Source: Mobula hypostoma
Lineage: Eukaryota
Assembly (NCBI RefSeq): GCF_963921235.1
Contig: NC_086109.1
Coordinates: 14,076,001 to 14,140,000 of the forward strand
Reading direction: 5' to 3'
DNA length: 64,000 nt
Below are positions 39,401 to 51,400 of this stretch, one piece after another. The position numbers and the translations under genes were made by a program. The notes under the pieces were generated by a model. It was given only the letters and a program-made list of their open reading frames with translations. It was not told the origin of the DNA and did no database searches. Every line of letters begins with the position of its first letter. Position 1 is the first letter of the stretch.

Positions 39401-42400
39401 ACAATTTTTTATTTAAAGGAAACAAATGATTAAAATGAAGAAAGATTAACCATTAATCCCCACCTCTCCCTTCTCCCCTTTTCTATTCCCCATTCTGGAT
39501 CCCCTCTTACCCATTCTCTTCTTCTCGCCTGCCAATCACCTCCCTCTGATTCCTTCCTCCTTCCCTTTCCCAGGAAATCAGCAGTTTCTGAGATACTCAA
39601 ACCACCCTGTCTGGCACTGACAATCATTCCATGATCAAAGTCGTTTAGGTCCCATTTCTTCCCCATACTGATGTTTGGTCTGAAAAACAAATGAACCTCT
39701 TGACCAAGTCTGCATGCTTTTATGCACTGAGATGCTGCCATATGATTGGCTGATTAGAATTTTGCATTAGCGAGCAGGTGAAGAGGTGTACCTAATAAAG
39801 TGGCCACTGAGTACAAGTTCACAGTATTTGTGGTTCATGAGAAGGATTGTTATTTGTGGTTCATGAGAAGGATTGTTGGAGAAAGTCTGCTGCATTGAGT
39901 TGGGTTTTTACTCTCCCACCATGGCACGGTCAGGGGTGGGGGACTGTGCTCCTGCACTTATCTTCCCTAGAGAGTTTGCTCTAACCATGCACCTCCCCAC
40001 AGGACTCGAGGGTAACGGAGTCTCCACACGCAAAGCAAGGAGATGACGGCAGAGCAGCAAGTGGAAATGAGGACTTCAATATAGGCAACGACTCTGAAGG
40101 TATGTGGCATGAGATCCCTTCCCTGGGCAGTGAGGGGGATGTCTTTCTCATCCCCATCGCCACTTTCGTTATTGAGGAGTTCCTAGTGAATGAGAAGTTG
40201 AGTACAGCATATTCAGCCATTGTAACTCCTCCAAGTACAGTCATAAAGAGATATGTTGTGGAAACTGGCCATTTGGCCCATTTACTCCATGCTATCAACC
40301 ACCCATTGACTTAAATTCTTGCTTTGTTATCCTTATAATGTTTCCATGAACTTCCCCTCCAATATATTCTCACATTCACTATCATACATGGGGTAATTGA
40401 CACTGGACTATCAACCTACCAACCTACACATTGTTGGGTCATGCGAGGAAACCCATTGCAGTCACAGGGAGAACAGACAAAACCCACATGGACAGCACCA
40501 GAGGTCAGAATCGAACCGGGAACTACTGGAGCTGTAAGGATCATCTCTTCAAGCTTCACTGTGCCACCCCAAATAATATCACCTTTGAACAATATTTCCT
40601 GTCATTCTTCTTAACTCCAATGAACTTGGACCTATCCTGCTCAATCCTTCATCGTAAGATGCCGCTGGGAACAGCATGGCAAACCTCATCTGAATTTCCT
40701 CCAACACAACCGTATCCTTGAGGAGACCAAAACTGGGCTCAGTGTCCCAGTTGTGGTAAGGTCACAAAACTCCATCGTTTTTGCAATAACAGGCGATGTT
40801 CTGTACACGTCAATTCCCTTCAAATGTTGTAGAAAGCCAGCAAATACTCAGTCATAATATATTCGTTTTGCTTCCATCAGGAAATTTGGCTCTTCCCGGG
40901 GCAAAAGGCTATGAATCCAGAGGCAGCAATCACGAGCACATCAAGCGACCTATGAATGCTTTCATGGTATGGGCAAAGGATGAGCGAAGGAAGATTCTTC
41001 AGACTTACCCTGACATGCACAACTCCAGCATCAGCAAGATACTGGGTGAGGAATTTGATTGTTTGGGCAGTGAAATTACAGTTGGAGTAAATGTGAGGAC
41101 ATTTCCAGGGGTAGTCTATGAATTGGTGGGCCATCTTTCTAACTGTATTCCTACTTTCTGACTGACTCCCTATTCTTTGTGACTTAAGATGGTGGTGAAT
41201 ATTGGTAGCTCAGGTTGAGGCATTTGATGCTACGGTGCTAATGGCCAGAAGATCCATTTTATTGAACTGGAAGGAGACCAATCCTCCTACTACATTTGAA
41301 TGGTTTTCCCAAACTATATTATGTTTAAACTTAGAAAAAATCAGGTGACATTTTTGATCCTATGGTTAAGTTTGAAGAGACTTGGAAACCATTTATTCAA
41401 CATTTTCATATGATGTAATTTGACCTTTCCGAATCCTTCATATTAACTTAAAATATATGATTAGAGGAGCAGAGTTGATGACATTACTAACGCATTCGAT
41501 TTAAGATAATGGTCTAGCCTTGTTTTGTTCCATTTGCTTTCTTTTTTTGGGTTTAGTATTTAGTTTTTTTGTTTTTGTTTTTTTTTGGGGGGTTCTTTGT
41601 ATTTTTTTCTTTTTATTTCTTTTTTCTCTATGACTATATCAAGAGTTTGGAAGTCTATTTTACTTGTATTATTTGAAATCTTTTTTGTACATGCTTATCA
41701 ACAATAAGATTATTCCAATCTCTCTGCATCAATATTGTTATTCTGTTTATAATTTTAGAAAATTAATAAAGAGATTTAAAAAGAAAGATGCTACGGTGCT
41801 CGCCGAGCTCGGCAATTAGCTTGCAGGCATTTCATCACCAGTTGAGGTGATTTCCTCAATGCGCAATTGCTGGTGTTTCCCTCCGGGAGTGCTCACATTT
41901 ATATAGGCCCCATCTATGAACCCCTAAGAGCCAAAGAAACGTGAACCAACAGAATTCAAAGGTCAACGAAGAGATAGCCAGTCAGGACCGAGGCAAGTAA
42001 ACGAGGGCCTATATAAACACGAGCACTCTCAGAAAGGAACACCAACAGCTGCACACTGAGGATGTCACCTCGACTGGTGGTGGAACGTCTGCCAAGCTCA
42101 GCAAACACCGCAACATCAGACTCTTTGTGATCCTTATAAATCACGGGTTTGCAACCTAGAGTCCACGAACTCCTCAGTTAATGGTGGGAGTCCATGGCAG
42201 AATAAAGGTTAAGAACTCCTGTCATAAATGAAAAGGATGAGAGTGTGGAAGTGTAGGGTAGTAAGACTGCAGCTGATACAAAGCTTGGTGGTGCTGCGGA
42301 TCGTGCAGAAGTTACAAAGGGACATTGATAGCAACACACATCAAAGTTGCTGGTGAACACAGCAGGCCAGGCAGCATCTCTAGGAAGGGGTACAGTCGAC

Positions 42401-45400
42401 GTTTCGGGCCGAGGCCCTTCGTCAGGACTAACTGAAGGAAGAGCCAGTAAGAGATTTGAAAGTGGGAGGGGGAGGGGGAGATCCAAAATGATAGGAGAAG
42501 ACAGGAGGGGGAGGGATGGAGCCAAGAGCTGGACAGGTGATTGGCAAAAGGGATACGAGAGGATCATGGGACAGGAGGTCCGGGGAGAAAGACAAGGTGG
42601 GGTGGAAACCCAGAGGATGGGCAAGGGGTATAGTGAGAGGGACAGAGGGAGAAAAAGGAGAGAGAGAAAAAGAATGTGTGTATATAAATAAATAACGGAT
42701 GGGGTACGAGGGGGAGGTGGGGCATTAACGGAAGTTTGAGAAGTCAATGTTCATGCCATTAGGTTGGAGGCTACCCAGACGGAATATAAGTTGTTGTTCC
42801 TCCAACCTGAGTGTGGCTTCGTCGTTACAGTGGAGGAGGCCGTGGATAGACATATCAGAATGGGAATGGGACGTGGAATTAAAATGTGTGGCCACTGGGA
42901 GATCCTGCTTATTTAAAAACGCAAACACGAGGAAATCTGCAGATGCTGGAATTGTTGCTTGAAATTCCAGCATCTGCAGATTTCCCCATCTTTGCGTTTT
43001 TAAAGGGACATTGATAGCTGGGTTGCGAAGTGGCAGATAGGATTTCAATCCAGAAGAATGTGAAGTGATTGACTTTCGAAGGCCAAATGTGAAGGCAGAA
43101 AATAGGGTTAATGGCACAACAGTGTGGAGGAACAGAGGGATCTTGGGGCTTGCATCCAAAGATTCCTCAAAGTTACTGCTTAACTTGACATGGTGAAGGC
43201 GTATGGTGTGTTGGCCTTCATTAGTCGAGCGATTAAGTTCGAGAGCCACAAGATAACGCTGCAGCTCTAAAAAAAAATTCCTGAAGTATTTTGTTTGTAA
43301 TATTGACCACACTCAGAATATGGTGTTTGCCTCATTATAAGGAGGACGCAGAAGCTCTAGAGAGGGTGCAGAAGAGACTGACCAGGAGCTGTCTGGTTTA
43401 AAGAGGCTGTGTTACGGGGATAGACTGAGCAAGCTGGGGCTTCTCTCTTTAGAGAAAAGGAGAATGAGCGGTGACTTGATGATTATAGGCATAGATCGAG
43501 TAGGCAGCCAGAGACTTTCCAAGGGTCCAAATCACTAATATGAGGTAGCATAACTTTAAGGAGTTTGGAGTAAATTATAGAGGGGGATGGCAGAGGTAGA
43601 TTTTTATATGGAGAGTAGTAGGTGGTGGTAAAGGTAGATCCATTGGGGACATCTAAGACACTCTTAGATAGGCACATGGATGAAAGAAAAATGGAGGCTT
43701 GTGTGGAAAAAATGGGCTAGATTGATCTTGGGGTCAGTTAAAGGATCAGCACAACATCATGGGCTGAAGGGCCTGTACTGTACTGTTCTTTGTTCTATCT
43801 AATACATTACATTAAGTTGCGAGGAAAGTCAATATAAACAAGTGTGTCCATCCAATTTACCAAGTGACAATTTGGTTAGCTGGTTAGGGGAACTGATGGG
43901 GTCAGTGGAACAAGGTGAATTTCTGGTGGATGGGAATCCTCGGACGAGCGGTTAGGGTCAGGACCAAGGAGGGAAGCAGTGAGGAGCCTCCAAATCCGAG
44001 ATTGTGGATCTCCTGCATGTATTGCAGTTGATGCAGATAAACTGTTAATTATAAATCTAGCTTTGGATTTATTGTTAAGCAAAGAGATTAAAGGCTACAG
44101 GGAAACTGCCAGGTTTATGGACACAATTCAGCCTTAATCTCATTGAAACAAAATAAACTGAAAGAGCTATGTAATCTATTCCTGAGACTGTTTCCTTATG
44201 CAGTTTCTTATCTTGCAAAATCTCATTATACAATGGATGCAGTCGGCTCCTTTGGGAATATCAACCTGTTTGAACACGTTTCATTTCAAGTGGGAATATT
44301 ATTCTGTAGAAAGCAGTCCATTTCATTGGGAATATAATCTCCAATGCACACACTACATTTAAAATGAGCCTCATTGTTCTTTTTGGTTGGGCTCCCACTC
44401 ATTTCCTTTAGGGTCAATCCAACGAAAGCATAATCCTCTGCATTGGGAGTCGGATTCAATCGAACTTTGTCTACAGATGTAGGAAATCTGAAATAAAGCC
44501 GGAAAATATTGGAAACCGTCAGCAGGTCCGGCAGGGAGAGAGAAAAACACAATGGTTCTGATCTTTGATCTTTCATTGGAGATGAGGAAAGTTAGAAATC
44601 AGAAATCTTGAAGAGAAGGGGGATCATGAGAAGAACAAAGAACGTAATAAGATCGAGACCAGAAGAGACTCCCGCTGCTATAAAGAGTTTGTACGTTCTC
44701 CATGTGGCCGCGTGGGTTTGGTTTCAACCCACAGTCCAATGACCTACCAGTTGGTATGTTAATTGGTCATTGTAAATTATCCTATGATTAGGCTTGGATT
44801 AAATCGGGGGATTGCTGGGCTGCGTAGCTTGAAGGGCCGGAAGGGCCTATCCCGCGCTGAATGGTGCAAGTTGTAGTGGTGCTGGCTGAGTGAGAACGGC
44901 AGAGACTTGTAACTTGTATCTGGTCCAAGTTGAAAAAGTGTACATAGAACATAGAACAGTACAGCACAGGACCGTTTGCACCATAACAGTAAAAAAACAA
45001 ATTTAAAACACCCAAACACTAATCCCTCCAACCTACTCCATGGCCATATCCCTCCATCTTCCTCATATCCGTGTGCCTATCTAAACATCTCTTAAAAGCC
45101 TCCAATGTATTTGCCTCTACCACTGTACCGGGCAGCACATTCCAGGAATCCACCACTCTCTGAGCAAAATCTTATCCCTCACGTCCCCCTTGAACCTACC
45201 GCATCTCGCCTTCAATGCATGCCCTCTGGTATTAGATATTTCTACCCTGGGAAACAGATACTCCCTGTCTACTCTATCTATGCCTCTCATAATCTTGCAA
45301 AGCTCTATCAGATCTCCCTCCAGTCTCCGAAGCTCTGGAGAAAACATCCCAAGTCTATCCAGCCTTTCATGACAGCTCATGCCCTCCAAATATGAATAAA

Positions 45401-48400
45401 GGTCGTGAGCAGGAAAGAAAAATAAATGCACAAACTTCAGATGTAAGTAGAGCGCATAGCAGGAAACTTTTCTCAGGACTGAAATTGATAACACAAGGGG
45501 ATATAATTTTAAGGTGATAGGGTGGAGATACGTCTCTACCAAAGGAGGTGTAAGGTGCTCCTTCCTTCTGCTAGCCTGCAGGTCACCCTTGGGCAAGGTG
45601 TAGCACCTGCCTAGCCCCCTGATCAGGGTCACGTGAAGCCGTGGGAGCAGGTGGCGGATGGTCGTCTGAGCAGCTGGTGCATGACACAAGCCCTGGTCAT
45701 GCGACCACTGACGCCAGGCAGGCAGTCTCTGAAGATATTGATAGTGGCCTTTTGTAAAGACACTGCCCCAGAAGAAAACAATGGCAAACACAGCTGTAGA
45801 AAAATTTGCCAAGAACAATAATGGTCAAGACCATGATCGCCCATGTCATACGACATGGCACGTGTCATATGTCGTAGATAGTGGGTATGTCAGAGGTAGG
45901 TTTTTTTGACCCAGAGAGTGGTGAATACATGGGGCTGTGGTGATGGTCGAGGCAGATACATTTGGGGCACATAAGGAACTCTTAGGCACATGGATGATAG
46001 AAAAATGGAGGGCTATGTGGGAGGGAAGGGTTAGATTGATCGTGGAGTGGGTTAAAAAGTCAGCGCAATCTCATGGGCCTGTGCTGTAATGTAATGTTCT
46101 ATGTTCTATAAAACACTGTGGATGCAGGGAGTCTGAAATAAAAATAAATGTTGTATATTACAATAAAATAATCTGCATCTCTGCTCCAGTAATATTAATA
46201 TGAAACCAAAGTCTCAAACTGGCTATAGGGGTTGCTGCAGAGTGAGTGGTGGACAATGATCTGTTAAAAGGACTACTCCATGGAGGTTGGAGTAAAGGTT
46301 TGTTTAGTCAGTGCAGAACATGGCAGAGTGCCCGGGACACCTGCAACTCTTGCAAATCTAATCAGTGGTACATTGATCCTGTTGATTCATGTGTGTCCAT
46401 GAGATACGTGTGTTATCTTCACTGGCATGTATTCAAGTTAAGTGGCTGGAATGAATAATTAATGCAGTGGAAATACAGAGCTGCCAGTTGCCAGTGTTTT
46501 ATCTGCAGTTTGAATTGCTGAGTTAATTGCAGCACTTTAACAGGAGCTTTCTCCAGGGAGCCCTACATATCAGATGGGATCTTGCTGACCGATAACCAGT
46601 GATTCCAAACGCTATGTTTGCCGACTCTCCAACTCCTATCCGTGCCCAATCCCAGGTGGGCGTTCGAGGGGTCCTGCAGGTCAGACCCAGTTGCCTCATA
46701 TAGTCTACAGTGGGATGCTGCCAAACTGCTGGAGGAGTCCAGAAGTACTTTGGTGTGACTCCTCAGCTTCAAAAGCCGATGCCTCAGAAAACTGGCACCT
46801 GTCATTAAGAACACTCATCATTCCGGACTTGCCATCTTCTCATCGTTAGCATCAAGGAGGAGGTACAGGAGCCCGAGGGGACACACTCAATATCTTAAGA
46901 ACATCTTCTTCCTTTGAGTTCACATCATGGATGGCCTCACTTGGTCCCTCAATTTCACCTTCGTGAATAAGAAGGCAGGGCAGTGCCTCTACTTCCTAAG
47001 GAGATTGAGGCAAACGAAGTTCCCACTCCCCCATCTTCACCGAATTTTACAAGAGTAGCATTGAGAACATCCTGACAAGATGCATCTCCATCTGGTATGG
47101 AAGCAGCTGAGCATCGGATCAGAAGTCCCTACAAAGGACTGTGAGAATGGCTGAGAAGATCATAGATGTCTCCCTACCATCCATCAGGGACATTTATCAG
47201 GAGTGCTGCACCCTCCGGGCCCTTAACATTATCAAAGATCCCACCAATCCACCCAGCATCCTCTTTGACTTTCTACCATCAAACAGGAGACTCTGATGCA
47301 TAAAAACAAGAACGGTCAGGATGGGGAACAGCTTCTTCCCTCAGGCCATTAGGCTTCTGAATTCCCTGCCGCATCGTATTTGAAAGTGTCACCAGTTAAT
47401 TTATTCCATACCTTATAATATTTAATTTATGTCCTTTACTTTGTTTATTTATGTGTAATTCATCTGTAGATTTTGTCCTTACTTTCATAAGTTATTGTGT
47501 GTTCTATGTACTGCAGTGCTTTACACACTGGTTTGATACATTATCTAATTTGACTGTACATGTATGTAGTTAAATGACAATAAGCTTGACTTCTTCCCCA
47601 CTGCCATCAGATTTCTGAATGGACAATTAATTCATGTACAGTATCTCACAACTTTTTGTGCTCATTTTGCACTAGATAGAGAGAGAGAGAGAGAGAGACA
47701 GTGTGTGTGTGTGTATATAAAATTGTAATTTATAGTTCTATTATTATGTATTGCAATGAATTGTTGCCTCAAAACAAATTTCACGACATATGCCTATGAT
47801 CTTAAACCTGATTCTGATTTTCATTGAACCCTTGAAAAATCAGTGAAAAGCAAAATTACGAGGGATGTAGATAGGGTAAATACAAGCAGGTTTTTTGCTC
47901 TGAGGTTGGGTGAGACTAGAACTAGAGGTCATGGGTTAAGGTTAATGGGTTGAGCTGTAGTTGATGTCCTGCAGGATAAAGGGAAAAAAAAACTGTCCAT
48001 TTTGTTTTCATGTTTGTAAATACTCAGTATTGTTTCAATTAATTTTAGTTTCTAACTGTATTTAATTCTTTACTTAATTCAATCACATTTTGGGATTGGA
48101 ATTGGTGCAGTATTGGTTTATTTTTGTTACAGGTACTAAGGTGCAATGGAACACTCATAACACGCTGGAGGAACTCAGCAGGTCAGGCAGCATCTGTGGA
48201 AACAATGAGTCAACGTTTCAGGCCGGAACCCTTCGTCAGGATTCAAAGTCCTGACGAAGGGTTCCAGCCCGAAACGTCGACTCATCGTTTCCACGGATGC
48301 TGCCCAACCTGCTGAGTTCCTCCCACGTGTTGTGAGTGTTGCTTTGACCCCAGCATCTGCAGATTATTTGGTGTTTAAGGTGCAATGGAAAGCTTGTCTT

Positions 48401-51400
48401 GCGTACCGTTCATATAAATTAATTCAGTGCAGAGTGCATTGAGGTTGAACAAGGTAAAACAATGGCAGAGTGCAGAATGAAGAGTAACAGGACACAGAAG
48501 GTGCAGTGCAGGTAGACGTAAGGAGTAAGATCATAACGAGGTAGACTGTGAGATCAAGAGTCCATCTTATCATAACTATGGAAACATTCAACAGTCTTGT
48601 AACAGCGGGGTAGAAGCTGTCTTTGAGCCTGGTGGTACGTGCTTTCCGGCTTTGGTAGTTTTGAAAGAATGTCCGGGGGAAGTGGGGTCTTTGATTGTGC
48701 TGGCTGCTTTGCTGAGGCAGCAAGAAGTGTAGGGAGAATCCATGGAGGGGAGGCTGGATTTCATGAGGTGTTGACGTGTGTCCACAACTCTCTGTGGTTT
48801 CCTGTGGTCACAGACAGAGCAGCTTCCACACCAAGCCATGATGTGGTGCACTGATAAAAATCAGTAAGAGCAGACTGGGTCATGCCAAATTTCTCTGGCC
48901 TCCTCAGCAAGTAGAGGTGTTGGTGAGCTTTCTTGGCTTTGATGTGTATGTGGTTGGACCAGGGCACGCTATTGGTGATGTTCATTCCTAGGACTTTGAA
49001 GCTCTCAGTCCTCTTGATCTTTGCACCAACTGTACAGGACCAAACAGATATCTCCCCCACCCATCCCCATTTTTCGTGGCTCCAAGAGTCAGAGACCCTC
49101 TCAGTGCGGAGGGCTGGAGCCTGTCCTTGGGGCCCCCCTAGGGTGAAGCGAGTTAGTGTCACGCCCTGTAACAGACTCGGGTTCAGATTTATTTATCACA
49201 TGTATGTTGAAACATACAGTGAAATGTGTTGTTTGTGCCAACAATCAACACACCCAAGATTGTATTGGGGTCAGGCCACAAGTGTCGTCACACATACTGG
49301 TGCCAACATAGCATGTCCACAATGTTCACCGGGACAACGCAAGTAGAACAAACAGGACAACAACAGCAAAATAAGCCCCTCTCCCTCCCCAACGCCCTCT
49401 CCCTCGCTCTCTCCCTCTCTCACTCCCCCCACTCTCCCCCTCTCACTACCCCACTCTCCCCCTCCCCATCTCCCCCTCTCTCACTACCCCACTCTCCCCC
49501 TCCCCCACTCCCCCACTCTCCCCCTCTCCCCCCTCTTACTACCCCACTCTCCCCCTCCCCCACTCTCCCCCGCTCTTACTACCCCACTCTCCCCCTCCCC
49601 CACTCTCCCCCTCTCTTACTACCCCACTCTCCCCCTCCCCCACCCCCCCCTCACTCCGCCACGCTCCCCCACCTCATACAGGCCATCTCCGGGACTCCCC
49701 AGGGATGCATGTTTCAGAAACCCAGGAGAGGGTGCAGAGAGAGCTCACTGCCACCCTCATTTGTCCGGATCAACAGCCCGACTGGGACCTCTTACCCAAG
49801 CAACGACAGCACTCAGGAATGCTGCTTCCCCTCAAGATGGCACTCTGCTGCCTGCCTCGACCTTGGTTGTTCTTGCTGTTCACCCACTCTGACTCGTAGG
49901 GAGATAACCCCTGCTTGTTAATTGCTGACTGCATTTTGCCCACAGTTCAAACTACTGCCAATTCTTCTTGCCATGGGCAGAAATCAACACACAAAAATCC
50001 GTCACTGAATTTTCCCTTGTTCTGCTGTCCTCTTGGGATATCTAGCATCAATTCTGGGCCAAATGCAATGAGCTGTAGTAGCATCATGTGTTGACACTGG
50101 GTCCTGTGTCTGATTTTTCAGGCTCACGCTGGAAGGCAATGTCAAATATTGAGAAGCAACCCTACTACGAGGAGCAGGCAAGGCTGAGTCGTCAGCACCT
50201 GGAGAAGTATCCAGACTACAAGTACAAGCCTCGGCCAAAGCGGACCTGCATCGTGGACGGGAAGAGACTGAGAGTCGGGGAATACAAAGCACTGATGAAG
50301 TACAGACGGCAGGAAGTGCAACAGTGTTACTCTGTCGGGTGAGTAGATGCGGCAGCAATGAGGAAAACTTTTTCCAAGTCAGGATGAACTTCAGTGACCA
50401 CCAGCAGTTGCCCTTGAACTGGGTGCCACACCCTGTCATCTCCTGGGGCAGCTGAGACCCCACGTAGATCAGGAGTCACCTTGGCCTGCTCAGGTAGAAG
50501 TGGAATGCCAGTAGCTCAATAATCATTATTGATAAGAGCCATCGGGGACAGCACTGTGGTGCAGCTTCCTCACAACACTATCGAAACCCCAGTTCAACCC
50601 GCACCTCTGGTGCTGACTGTGTGGAGTTTGCAGGTTCTCTCTATAACCACATGGGGACCAGCTGGGTGCTCCAGCTTCCTTCCACCTCCCAAATTCAGCA
50701 GAATTGAAGGCCTCACCTTTCACCTGCCTGTTTATACCCCTTCCTCAACTTCTTATCCTAACTTCAGCCTCCTTCCTCTCCAGTCCTGATGAAGGGTCTC
50801 AGCCCAAAATGCCAAATGGTTATTCCCCTCCGTAGATGCTGGCTGACCTGCTGAGTTTCTCCAGCATTTTGTCTGCGTGTGTGTTGGGATATTTGCCCCG
50901 TGGTGTGCAGCTGAATGGTAGAATCTTGGGAAGAAGAGATGAGAATGCAGGGAGAAAGCATGGGATCAGTGCAGTCGATCTTTGGTGTGAACTTGATGGG
51001 CTGAATAGCCTGTTTCTATGCTGTACGATTCTGTAGTTAAATTGGAGAAGCAAGCGTTGTTATGGGCTCTGGGTTATTTGTTCGGACAGGAGAATCCAGG
51101 CTTGTTCTCCTTCGAGCAGGGTAGGTTGAGAGGGCATCTGACAGAAGTATTTATAAATCATGAAGGATCTGGTCAGATGGGAAAGAAACTATTCTTGAAG
51201 GACGGGCGAAGAACAAGAGGACACGAAAGGAAGGTGACTGGTCGCCAAAGGTTCTTCCGCCAGAAAGCTGCCTACAAGAGCTCCCATACGGCTGAGAACC
51301 TCATCATTTTGGAATGATTTAAGTGATTCCAAGCTTAAGCTCTATTAATAGATAATTAATTAATATTGCTCTGAAGTTATTTGATCATATTTCAGTCTTG

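Larger units (their letters stand above)
42270..43795 (+). mobile_element. CR1 LINE fragment, host of the PLE insertion
   Basis: ADTKLGG...LQRDID|...[12 protein letters not shown] continues across the insertion. Confidence 0.75.

Noticed and set aside
49226..49921. 231-aa Pro-rich ORF
   Set aside because: Artefact of the C-rich minisatellite.
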